Positions 53,867 through 62,123 of a stretch of 64,000 bases of DNA are shown piece after piece. The notes below the pieces were generated by a model. The model ran no database searches and was not told the DNA's origin. It worked only from the letters and a program-made list of their open reading frames with translations. The stretch's first letter is position 1. Each line of letters starts with the position of its first letter. This DNA is from a virus (taxonomy: Duplodnaviria > Caudoviricetes): the IMG/VR virus record IMGVR_UViG_3300037067_012889, positions 32,001-96,000 of that record, one strand, 5' to 3'. The translations under genes and the position numbers were made by a program.

Positions 53867-55078
53867 ATGCCAGCCGCAGAAGCCAGAGACTACCAGATCC
53901 GATTGGTCGACAAAACGATCCATCTCTTCAATAATGGATTCAAATCAGTACTACTCAATTCGCCGACCGGCTCTGGCAAGTCTTATATGGGTCTAAAGAC
54001 CGTCGCAGAATTGCAGAGGATACACAACGTCGGGGCGATGTGGGTCGCGATGCGTCGGAATCTGCTCAAGCAAGTCGTGGCCGAGAATGAGAAACTCGGA
54101 GTTGGAGCAGAAATCACCCCGATTTCGATGTTCAATAGGAATCCACCAACTCATGACAACCTCGGACGGCCCATCAAGATCGTCGTACTTGATGAGAGTC
54201 AGCACGATCCTGCTGGCAGCATGTCGAATATCTACAACATTGTCAAGCCGAGTTGGATTCTCGGAATGACGGCAACGCCGTTTCGGACCGACCGGATGCG
54301 ACTGAGTTTCGACAAGGTGCTACGCGATATCGGCATTCATCAGCTAATCCAATCGGGGTATCTCTCGCAGTACCATCAATACACGATTCCACAATGGAAC
54401 GTCGATGAGGTCGTCTCCTGCTATCTTCGCGAACCAGAGCGATGGGGCAAGAGTGTCTTCTATTGGTTTACGCACGAAGACGCCCTCAAATGCACCAATC
54501 GTCTGAACGCAGCCGGTGTCAGGACAGAACTAGTGACGGCTGAGACCGACCGCGAGACACAACTCGCTCAGTTCGAGAGCGGCGAAGTGAAGTGTCTCGT
54601 GAACATGCAAATCCTGACAGAGGGATTCGATTCTCCGTCGCTCAGAACGGTCTTCGTCCGAGACTCGCAGCGTGGCCCAACTATCCAAATGGCCGGTCGC
54701 GTCTTCCGGAAATACCCCGGAATCGAGTTCAAACAAATCGTTCAGAGCAAGATGACTCACTGGCCAATCCAACGAACAGCCGCACCGGCTCACGCGAGTG
54801 TCTGGCTGCCGGAAGAGCGGGAATGGAGGAGCTACGCTCAGAGCGAAGCGATTGAGAAGGTATCCATGCGGGTCTGCATCACTCTCGCCCACACCAAGAC
54901 CTCGATGCCAACATTCATCGTCAAGGCACAAGAGAAAAAAGGTCGTCGGCATCGCCGAGTGGACGATACCGGAGGGCGGGCAAATACCGAATCTGGGTTG
55001 CCACAACGTGACGATAGCCAATTCGACGCTCGTCCGGGATGGGTGGGTGGATTTGGTGGCGGTGCCATCATTCACTAA
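53867..55078 (+). CDS. Superfamily 2 (DExH-like) helicase
   Basis: RDYQ, SPTGSGKS, LDESQH, GMTATP, LTEGFD, QMAGRVFR. Confidence 0.9.
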   Translation: MPAAEARDYQIRLVDKTIHLFNNGFKSVLLNSPTGSGKSYMGLKTVAELQRIHNVGAMWVAMRRNLLKQVVAENEKLGVGAEITPISMFNRNPPTHDNLGRPIKIVVLDESQHDPAGSMSNIYNIVKPSWILGMTATPFRTDRMRLSFDKVLRDIGIHQLIQSGYLSQYHQYTIPQWNVDEVVSCYLREPERWGKSVFYWFTHEDALKCTNRLNAAGVRTELVTAETDRETQLAQFESGEVKCLVNMQILTEGFDSPSLRTVFVRDSQRGPTIQMAGRVFRKYPGIEFKQIVQSKMTHWPIQRTAAPAHASVWLPEEREWRSYAQSEAIEKVSMRVCITLAHTKTSMPTFIVKAQEKKGRRHRRVDDTGGRANTESGLPQRDDSQFDARPGWVGGFGGGAIIH

Positions 55079-55158
55079 TCGTGACTATTTCTCGTTTTCT
55101 GACAGAGTGCAACATGTATTTCAAAATCCAGAGGATTTCACTCCATCTGGATTTGCAA

Positions 55159-55187
55159 TTAAATCCGATACACTATCGTGCTAAAAC
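55159..55187 (+). promoter_or_regulatory. Phage promoter motif
   Basis: TTAA-N14-CGTGCTAAAAC. Confidence 0.7.
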
Positions 55188-55227
55188 CTGATGGGTTTGA
55201 TTCACCACCTTTTTCTATGAGGGACAC

Positions 55228-56430
55228 ATGACCACAGCAACGCAAGCTCCGAAGCTCGATTACGCAGTCGCACCGCTCCGCTCGATCAAAATCGAAGAGG
55301 TCGGACAGAAGGGACGGGTGTCGATGTTAAGCATCGACGATCGCAAATTCTGCCCGACGTCGCGATTCTGGACCAGCCTGTGCAGCACCTACAGCACCCA
55401 CGGCCTCAGCACGAAGGTCTTCAAGCTGTTCAGCCACCAGGAAGTGCTGCAACGGCTGACCGACGTCCTGGGCGGCGACGACAAGGCCCGGATTCGCTTC
55501 ACGTTCGAAGACAAGGGAACGGCTCCCGGCAACATTCTAGCAATCACGCTCCCCTCGAAGCCGGTCATCACCTACGAGACGATCAACGGCACCTTGAGCA
55601 AGTATAACGCCCTCTCCGTCACGTACGGCGACGGTATCGTCCGCTCCACACACACGCCGAACCATATGCAGGATTTCAAGATCGGCGGTGACGGATTCGC
55701 CCATCAATACGTTCTTGAAACTCCCATCGACGGCTTCGGCTCCCCGCTGATCTATTTGTCGCTCCTGCGCCAGGTCTGCAGCAACGGTGCCATCGGCTAC
55801 TCTCGTGCATTCCGGAGTGAAATCTCCATGGGTCGCGGCGATACGAAGAATGCCGACCTCATGTTCAGCATGGAGCGGGCACTCGATTCGTTCAGCAACG
55901 AAGAGGGCTTCGCGGCCTTGCGTACTCGCTTCGAATCGTCTACCCAATCGTGGGCGTCGATCTCCGAATGCAACCGCATCTACAAGGTGCTGGCGGCAAT
56001 GGCTCAGAAGGGCCTGTTCTTGAAGCAGGGCACCGAAGGGGCCAAACTCGTCGAGAAGCATGCGGCCCGTCGTGAAGCCGTCATCAACGCCGGCGGCGAA
56101 GGTACCCAAGAGAACCCGGTTGTCGTGAAGATCATGCGGGCTTACGCTTCGCTGACCGGCGACCTCTGCTCCATCTACGGTCTGACGCACTTGGACGCGC
56201 TCAGCCGCAAGAAGATGCAGCAACTCCCTGCCCATTGCACGATGTACGATTTGCTCAACTTCGCGACCGAGGTCGCCACGCACCACTGTGAGGAGAAGAA
56301 CGGCCGTCTGCTCCAAGCCGAAGTCGGCAATTTCGTCAGCAACGAGTATGACCTGGAAGGTTCGAAGGTGTCGAAGGAGCAATTCGCTGATTGGTTCCTC
56401 GACACGTCGGACATTCCGCCGAAGGAATAG
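55228..56430 (+). CDS. DUF932-like protein
   Basis: DG.G......LLR.VC.NG and T.YDL.N..TE.A.H motifs. Confidence 0.65.
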   Translation: MTTATQAPKLDYAVAPLRSIKIEEVGQKGRVSMLSIDDRKFCPTSRFWTSLCSTYSTHGLSTKVFKLFSHQEVLQRLTDVLGGDDKARIRFTFEDKGTAPGNILAITLPSKPVITYETINGTLSKYNALSVTYGDGIVRSTHTPNHMQDFKIGGDGFAHQYVLETPIDGFGSPLIYLSLLRQVCSNGAIGYSRAFRSEISMGRGDTKNADLMFSMERALDSFSNEEGFAALRTRFESSTQSWASISECNRIYKVLAAMAQKGLFLKQGTEGAKLVEKHAARREAVINAGGEGTQENPVVVKIMRAYASLTGDLCSIYGLTHLDALSRKKMQQLPAHCTMYDLLNFATEVATHHCEEKNGRLLQAEVGNFVSNEYDLEGSKVSKEQFADWFLDTSDIPPKE

Positions 56431-56436
56431 TTCCGG

Positions 56437-56451
56437 TTTCCAGAATGGAAA
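56437..56451. repeat. TTTCCA-N3-TGGAAA palindrome
   Basis: TTTCCAGAATGGAAA, 6 nt after stop, upstream of a separate terminator. Confidence 0.85.
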
Positions 56452-56481
56452 GCCGGGAGAGAAATCTCCCGGCTTCTTTTT
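56450..56481 (+). terminator. Rho-independent terminator
   Basis: AAGCCGGGAGA/TCTCCCGGCTT then CTTTTT. Confidence 0.85.
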
Positions 56482-56492
56482 AGGATTATGAA

Positions 56493-56876
56493 ATGAGACT
56501 TCTACTAGAAATGGCTTTTACCAGGGATGGTTTTAAGAATCAGCTTGAACACAAGCTGGTCGGTGCCATTATCCATCATTATCAAGCCGAACTTGCTAAG
56601 GCAAATGGTAAGAATAAGTGGGTGGTACACTGGTCGAACGAATCGAAACGCCTGTTGGTAGAATTCCGAACACTTCTATCTCATAGTATCAAAGGGACAT
56701 GGAGCCGTACAAAAGCTGCTAAAGAGGTAGTCACACTGATGAAGAGAAACGACAAGCAATACCGAAGAGTGGCATATAATGTCGTTTGTCGAGATTTCAG
56801 ATCCAAGCTTTCGAACACGCTACCAGAAAGAACGAAATTCTGGGATAGAGTTGGAGATATTATCTCAGATAGTTGA
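56493..56876 (+). CDS. Hypothetical protein
   Basis: LLEMA N-terminus; HW..E motif. Confidence 0.6.
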   Translation: MRLLLEMAFTRDGFKNQLEHKLVGAIIHHYQAELAKANGKNKWVVHWSNESKRLLVEFRTLLSHSIKGTWSRTKAAKEVVTLMKRNDKQYRRVAYNVVCRDFRSKLSNTLPERTKFWDRVGDIISDS

Positions 56877-56968
56877 TATTCACCCCGCGCTGGTATCGTC
56901 GGGTCAGCCTTCGGGCTGGACAGCCAGAGCAATAAACGAACGAGCCTGAAAAAATTGCTCCCTTTCGG

Positions 56969-57007
56969 GGCGGCGATGCAACGAGTCTCCTGCATCGCCG
57001 CCTTTTT
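56969..57007 (+). terminator. Rho-independent terminator
   Basis: GGCGGCGATGCA/TGCATCGCCGCC then TTTTT. Confidence 0.8.
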
Positions 57008-57024
57008 GTATTTAAATGTATCTT

Positions 57025-57112
57025 GGCCGTGTGGAGAAATCGGTAAACTCAACAAATTTAAAATTTGTCACCTATTCAAACGGGTTTGCGGGTTCGAATC
57101 CCGCCACGGCTA
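57025..57112 (+). tRNA. tRNA-Leu(TAA)
   Basis: GGCCGTG/CACGGCT, ACAAA-TTTAAAA-TTTGT, long variable arm, A73. Confidence 0.9.
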
Positions 57113-57147
57113 CTAACCTCCATTACGTAAATAATGTGGAGGTTCGA

Positions 57148-57840
57148 ATGATACCAGATAATACCCTCTTCGAGATGGCACACGAATCCTATTCAGTATG
57201 CGACGTTATGATAAAGCTTGGCTTAGTACCTGCGGGAGGTAATCACAGATTATACAGCAAGCGGCTTGCAGGATTCGCCTTTAAAAAACGACCACCGTTA
57301 GGTGCTGCGGGTAAGAGTAGGGCAATCATCGATTATCTGGTACTTGACGGTCCGGTGATCTTGACATCCAAGCTAAAGAAGAAGCTATTCAATGCAGGTC
57401 TCAAAAAGAAAATCTGTGAAATATGTGGGCAGGGGCCTGTTTGGAATAATAAACCACTAACCTTCCATCTAGATCATGAAGATGGAAATAATAGGAATAA
57501 TCGATTAGAAAACCTACGTGTTTTATGCCCTAACTGCCACACTCAAACTCCGACGTACGCAATTAGTGTGCAAAGAAAAGAACCCCGAGAAGTAAGAAAT
57601 GGCGTCATAAAACCGAGAAAACTCATAAGATGTAAGTCTTGTGACTGTCGATTGAAGACTCGCAGAAAGACTGGTTTGTGCCGTAAATGCTTCGAAGTTA
57701 AATTTCCACCACCACGCAAAGTGTCGAATAGACCAGAAAAGAACGTACTATTAAAAGAGATAGCCGAAATGGGTTATTGTGGTGTTGGTAGAAAATATGG
57801 CGTATCTGATCACGCTGTTCGAAAATGGGTAAAAACTTAA
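57148..57840 (+). CDS. HNH homing endonuclease
   Basis: CEICG...LDH.DG...NN.LENLR.LCPNCH; C-terminal HTH. Confidence 0.9.
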   Translation: MIPDNTLFEMAHESYSVCDVMIKLGLVPAGGNHRLYSKRLAGFAFKKRPPLGAAGKSRAIIDYLVLDGPVILTSKLKKKLFNAGLKKKICEICGQGPVWNNKPLTFHLDHEDGNNRNNRLENLRVLCPNCHTQTPTYAISVQRKEPREVRNGVIKPRKLIRCKSCDCRLKTRRKTGLCRKCFEVKFPPPRKVSNRPEKNVLLKEIAEMGYCGVGRKYGVSDHAVRKWVKT

Positions 57841-57865
57841 ACACTTACTATTGTCGTGCTATAAC
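57837..57865 (+). promoter_or_regulatory. Phage promoter motif
   Basis: TTAA(stop)-N14-CGTGCTATAAC. Confidence 0.75.
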
Positions 57866-57894
57866 CTTGCGTAAACCCAAACATAGGAGACATT

Positions 57895-58599
57895 ATGATT
57901 CATTACGACGAGTCCGACAATCCGAGTAATGGCTGGCGTGCACCAGATCCCGACGAGGTTGACGATATCGAAAATCGTCTTCACGACCTCGAACCCGGTG
58001 CCGAAGAAAATCCGCTTGAAAAGGCACCACTGGCCTACAATCCGCTCAATCATGCCTACCCCATGACCGCTGAAACGACCATCGGCGTCGTCGAATTCAT
58101 GGTGCAATTCACGATTATCAAGGGAGCTAGCAACCTCCCTGTTGAATTCTTCAGCAGCACCAACGAGTTGCAGTTGCCCATGTCAATCGAAGACGTGCCG
58201 GTCACCGAGAACCCCGGCCAATCCTTCTTCGGCCAAGATTTCAAGGGTTGGGCCAATGATCAGGTTAACGAAAGTGCCCTCGTCAGCGAGTTGAAAGGAG
58301 ACGAGAGGTATTTCTTGATACCGATGATCGTCCGAGCACGACGTCTCGTAACGGGAGAACCTGACGCCACCGATACCTGGGAGCCACTTACTGTAGAGCA
58401 AACGGCGGGTCTCATTTCCGGCCAAGCTCTACTCGATCTCATTCTCGGCTATTACGAGAAGATCTCCGACGACGACAATGCTCCTACGGCCCTCTTGGAC
58501 ATTCTGGAACATTTCACTGGCAGATACGATCGCAACAAAACCAAATATCCCGGAGTCGCCGACGAGGAGTGGGAATCCGGCGAGGAAGAGTGGAACTGA
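57895..58599 (+). CDS. Acidic hypothetical protein
   Basis: AGGAG RBS. Confidence 0.7.
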   Translation: MIHYDESDNPSNGWRAPDPDEVDDIENRLHDLEPGAEENPLEKAPLAYNPLNHAYPMTAETTIGVVEFMVQFTIIKGASNLPVEFFSSTNELQLPMSIEDVPVTENPGQSFFGQDFKGWANDQVNESALVSELKGDERYFLIPMIVRARRLVTGEPDATDTWEPLTVEQTAGLISGQALLDLILGYYEKISDDDNAPTALLDILEHFTGRYDRNKTKYPGVADEEWESGEEEWN

Positions 58600-58668
58600 T
58601 ACTGAAGAGAGCTTGCGGTCACCTCGGATCCAAGTTCTACTGAACTAAGCTAGTCTCAAATAGATAGG

Positions 58669-59547
58669 ATGGATAAAATGCCCGATCAAGCCGTCGAAAA
58701 TATAGCGGCCCTCTTGGCCGCATCGTATCTGAACAAAGCTGGTGTCATTAGCTGCCAGTTTGTAATCAAACTGAAGCAACAGACGCCTGAAATAATCGCC
58801 GCCACGAATACCAAGCTTGTCGAGATGGGATATCCGGCGTACGACATCGACGCAAAGAAATCTCGCAACCGAAACAAGACGCGAGCACAACCAGCAGGAC
58901 ATCCTATCGCATTGTCTGGCGAGGACGCCGAGAAGGAACGGCAGATCATCGCCATGCTGGAAGAAATCCAGCGAGACAAAAACGCTGCCCAATCGTGGCT
59001 TGATACCGTCATCGGCGCTGAAAACCACTACCAGCAGAAGCTGCATGAACTCCGAGGGACCAAGTTCACCCCAAAACCCGATCCATATGTTGAAATTTAC
59101 GCACCGGCCCACGATCATGCTCGCAACAACCGAGCCGAACTGGCGGCAAGTTCCAAATGCGGTTGTTTCTTCTGCCGAGCCATCTTCGATCCAAAAATTA
59201 TTGCCGAATTCGCCGACAACGGGCAAACGGCCATATGCCCAAATTGCGGGGTCGATTCACTCATCGGCGACAAAGCCGGATACGAACTGAACAACGAATT
59301 TCTTATCGCTATGTTCAGGCGGTGGTTTGCAGTGCCAATCCGGATCCGTAAGATCCGGGAATTGAACCCTATGGCTATTGCACCTCCAACAGTACCTCCT
59401 GCTATTGCACCTCCAATACCTCCTGCACCACCGGCCCCCGAGCCGGAGCCGGAGCCGGAATTGCCCGAAATCGATGACGAGAAGTTGGCCGGTCTTGGTA
59501 GTAAGTTGATTGCCAACCTCCCGGCCGATGACGAAGAGGATATGTAG
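58669..59547 (+). CDS. Hypothetical protein with Cys-rich zinc domain and Pro-rich tail
   Basis: CGCF.C..IF ... TAICP.CG.DS.IGD. Confidence 0.7.
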   Translation: MDKMPDQAVENIAALLAASYLNKAGVISCQFVIKLKQQTPEIIAATNTKLVEMGYPAYDIDAKKSRNRNKTRAQPAGHPIALSGEDAEKERQIIAMLEEIQRDKNAAQSWLDTVIGAENHYQQKLHELRGTKFTPKPDPYVEIYAPAHDHARNNRAELAASSKCGCFFCRAIFDPKIIAEFADNGQTAICPNCGVDSLIGDKAGYELNNEFLIAMFRRWFAVPIRIRKIRELNPMAIAPPTVPPAIAPPIPPAPPAPEPEPEPELPEIDDEKLAGLGSKLIANLPADDEEDM

Positions 59548-59589
59548 TTATTCTTGAAACGTGAAGCGAAACGGGGCGTGTTGGAGAAA

Positions 59590-59618
59590 TTCAGCACGCC
59601 CCGTTTTCGTGCCATAAC
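59590..59618 (+). promoter_or_regulatory. Promoter variant overlapping a terminator-like hairpin
   Basis: TTCA-N14-CGTGCCATAAC; hairpin AAACGGGGCGTG/CACGCCCCGTTT. Confidence 0.55.
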
Positions 59619-59635
59619 GTACTGGAGGAGTCTAA

Positions 59636-59839
59636 ATGCAAGACGAATGTTTAGTGATTTGTAAAGACGACGGTGTGTACTATGTGGCTACTCGCCAACT
59701 TATGACACAGTCGGATGCCGAAGAATACGTCAAGCGTTGCGATCCCAGCCGCGAACCCATTATCGTGCATCCAAATCGCAATTGGCAACTGCGGTCAGCC
59801 TCAATCGCCGCAGCGTGGCGAGCAACTCTTGGTCTTTGA
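59636..59839 (+). CDS. Hypothetical protein
   Basis: GGAGG RBS. Confidence 0.6.
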   Translation: MQDECLVICKDDGVYYVATRQLMTQSDAEEYVKRCDPSREPIIVHPNRNWQLRSASIAAAWRATLGL

Positions 59840-59846
59840 GACAACG

Positions 59847-60200
59847 ATGCCAGAACATGACGAACAATGGCAATGGATTGTCGATCTGACAACCGATGAG
59901 CCGAAGCTACCACCTCGGCCGCAGTCAAAGACCGATAAAGAAGACGAGAGGAAGGTATACGCTCTTCTGCACAAACGCATGTGGACCTGTGCAGAAGAGC
60001 GTATAGGCAGATGGATAGGGTTTGTAACCGCAGTGTTGTTTTGGGGCATGATGGCCATTTCCTATTACAATTACACCATGCAGCCAAAGCCTGTTATGTA
60101 TTATGACGCCGACACTCAGACGATGAAGCCAATTCCTGGACTCTACAAAGTAGGCGGGAAAGAGATGTTTCTACAGGTTAAAGATGAGAAAACAAAGTAG
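59847..60200 (+). CDS. Hypothetical membrane protein
   Basis: One hydrophobic helix. Confidence 0.55.
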   Translation: MPEHDEQWQWIVDLTTDEPKLPPRPQSKTDKEDERKVYALLHKRMWTCAEERIGRWIGFVTAVLFWGMMAISYYNYTMQPKPVMYYDADTQTMKPIPGLYKVGGKEMFLQVKDEKTK

Positions 60201-60354
60201 GATTACCTTCGCAGAACTCGATAAACCCATGCTTGCTTGGTATAGCTTCAAATGGTTTATCATTTGGAGTGGCCGAATCCTGACATTGGGTCTGGCAGTC
60301 ATCGTCGCTATCACTGCTTTGCTGGCGTCCTCTAAGAAATCCGATCAATCTTAA
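60184..60354 (+). CDS. Small membrane protein (56 aa)
   Basis: Hand-translated MRKQSRITF...; TM segment; stop abuts palindrome. Confidence 0.55.
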   Translation: MRKQSRITFAELDKPMLAWYSFKWFIIWSGRILTLGLAVIVAITALLASSKKSDQS

Positions 60355-60369
60355 TTTCCAACTTGGAAA
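60355..60369. repeat. TTTCCA-N3-TGGAAA palindrome
   Basis: TTTCCAACTTGGAAA directly after TAA. Confidence 0.85.
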
Positions 60370-60374
60370 CCACT

Positions 60375-60641
60375 ATGAACGACATCCCCTGGTATCGATA
60401 CCTTCTATTCCCAGTCTGGCTTCTCTTGGTGACCGGACGTTTTGTCGCCAATCTATTCAGGCCAGATCCACCCGATTGGAAAGAAAAGCGAGCCGCATGG
60501 CTGGCAAAAGTAGAGGAGTCGGACGACCGGGCCAGAGCTCTGTCTGAGCTAAGTCCGGAAAATCAAGAGAAATTTAAACATCTCGCTCCTTGGCAGCAGA
60601 AGAAGTTCATAGCTGCTTTGAAGTCTAAGAAATGTATTTAA
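60375..60641 (+). CDS. Hypothetical membrane-anchored protein
   Basis: Fills exactly the space between two palindromes. Confidence 0.6.
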   Translation: MNDIPWYRYLLFPVWLLLVTGRFVANLFRPDPPDWKEKRAAWLAKVEESDDRARALSELSPENQEKFKHLAPWQQKKFIAALKSKKCI

Positions 60642-60656
60642 TTTCCATCATGGAAA
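60642..60656. repeat. TTTCCA-N3-TGGAAA palindrome
   Basis: TTTCCATCATGGAAA directly after TAA. Confidence 0.85.
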
Positions 60657-60671
60657 CCATAAGGATATAAG

Positions 60672-60878
60672 ATGTCTGGGAAGATAGAACTCGGTAAGGT
60701 AGTGGCCGGAACAGCATGTGTCAGAGAAGTCCGGTTAGATCCAGCAGGCAGACCGGTATTCTGCACGAGTTCAGCTGTAATGGCTATCAATACCAAGCCA
60801 CTATGTCAAAGACACGCCCAAGAGGCCATGCTTGCCTTTGAAGCTCAACAGACAGCGACGGCTAACGTGGCGTCTTAA
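60672..60878 (+). CDS. Small Cys-containing protein
   Basis: AAGGA RBS; LC..HA. Confidence 0.6.
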   Translation: MSGKIELGKVVAGTACVREVRLDPAGRPVFCTSSAVMAINTKPLCQRHAQEAMLAFEAQQTATANVAS

Positions 60879-60879
60879 A

Positions 60880-60894
60880 TTTCCAAGGTGGAAA
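60880..60894. repeat. TTTCCA-N3-TGGAAA palindrome
   Basis: TTTCCAAGGTGGAAA 1 nt after TAA. Confidence 0.85.
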
Positions 60895-60908
60895 TTCCAG
60901 GATATGAT

Positions 60909-61091
60909 ATGAATAAACCAGAATTAGATCTACTCAAAGCGGCCAAGGTATTATTAGCCTTGATGGACGATGTCCCACCAGATCCAACGCCGGGACTTAG
61001 TTACGAGCAAAATGACCGTTGTTTTGCTCGTTACGAGTTTGAAGACCTCCGTGCCGCCATCGCTAAAGTAGAAGGCAGCATGGAGGTCTAA
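60909..61091 (+). CDS. Small phage hypothetical protein
   Basis: DLL.AAK..L ... LRAAIAK.EG. Confidence 0.6.
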   Translation: MNKPELDLLKAAKVLLALMDDVPPDPTPGLSYEQNDRCFARYEFEDLRAAIAKVEGSMEV

Positions 61092-61106
61092 TTGTGGCGT
61101 CTTGAA

Positions 61107-61121
61107 TTTCCAAGGTGGAAA
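61107..61121. repeat. TTTCCA-N3-TGGAAA palindrome
   Basis: TTTCCAAGGTGGAAA between convergent stops. Confidence 0.85.
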
Positions 61122-61616
61122 CTACTTACCCATCTTCTTGCGATAATACAGATCGGTTCGCAGTTGCAAGATGTCGGTTCGCCCCAACTTCTTAGCAATC
61201 TTCTTGGTAATGGCCCAAGTAGCGCTCTCGACATACGGGAGCTTCTCGATCACACTGCAGTGACTTGGTTCGAGAGTATGCTTGCATTTTGCTTGGTCGG
61301 ATTTCAGGTCGTGAAACTCCTCCATCTCTGAGTGAGGAATAGACGAGTTACCCTTACTCAATTTGATGACTCCATGCCCCTTGCGATTCGAGGTTGCACG
61401 GACTCCTTTCTTCTTCTCGATAAGCTCATTCAGCTTATCACCAGCGTCGCCTTCCCAACTCGTCTCGCAAATCCAGGAGTCCTCCGTCTTCTTAGGCTTT
61501 GAACAGCCGAGAGGATGATGCTGACCAAGCTCCACGCGATCGATAGAAGTAGCGACCACCAACTCAATAGCCGTCTCACACGAACATTCAACACCATTCA
61601 ACTTGAAGTGATACAT
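61122..61616 (-). CDS. Hypothetical protein
   Basis: 164-aa ORF whose stop abuts palindrome. Confidence 0.6.
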   Translation of the reverse strand: MYHFKLNGVECSCETAIELVVATSIDRVELGQHHPLGCSKPKKTEDSWICETSWEGDAGDKLNELIEKKKGVRATSNRKGHGVIKLSKGNSSIPHSEMEEFHDLKSDQAKCKHTLEPSHCSVIEKLPYVESATWAITKKIAKKLGRTDILQLRTDLYYRKKMGK

Positions 61617-61624
61617 CTGAATAT

Positions 61625-62088
61625 CTTAGGTTAGAGAGGTTTTCGCAGAGTTAACCGGTGTGCTCTTTCCAGAAAAAGATGCAGGATTTGTACCGGGATG
61701 CTGCAAAATGGAACTGGCTTATCAAAATAGCGAGCGGGATAGCCGTGTTTAATAATCGCCCGTCGAATCCGACGATTGTACGGTTTGCTCATAGGCTGCA
61801 TGTCGTTCTCAAATCATCTGAATAATCAAATATTTGAGAATTTGCTGAAAATGCCATCTTTTTAGTAATTGATTGTTCACACTATGTCAAATCATCCTTA
61901 ATGGAGATTCCAGATCGGCTGGGTTAGGGAGTAGTATGACTGCAGGCACAAGATGTGTCTCTTTAGTCTTCAAATTCCCGCTCCCAGCCGAGTCTATTCA
62001 TGCGGCTCTCTTTGTTGTGGCGTGCCGTCTGGATAGCGATTCCCAAACTAACACGCCTGTCACTACCGTCTTTAGACAGTGCCGCGAA
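61625..62088 (-). ncRNA. Candidate large structured RNA or long 5' leader
   Basis: Own promoter; several 5-9 bp long-range helices; no good ORF. Confidence 0.4.
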
Positions 62089-62094
62089 CATCTT

Positions 62095-62123
62095 GTTATA
62101 GCACGAATTGCATAATTTTTTAA
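62095..62123 (-). promoter_or_regulatory. Phage promoter motif
   Basis: TTAA-N14-CGTGCTATAAC, embedded in inverted repeat CGAATTGCATA/TATGCAATTCG. Confidence 0.75.

Noticed and set aside
32369-61121. Classical integron attC sites
   Set aside because: No RYYYAAC/GTTRRRY boxes or long imperfect stems and no IntI in the window; the comparison is architectural only.
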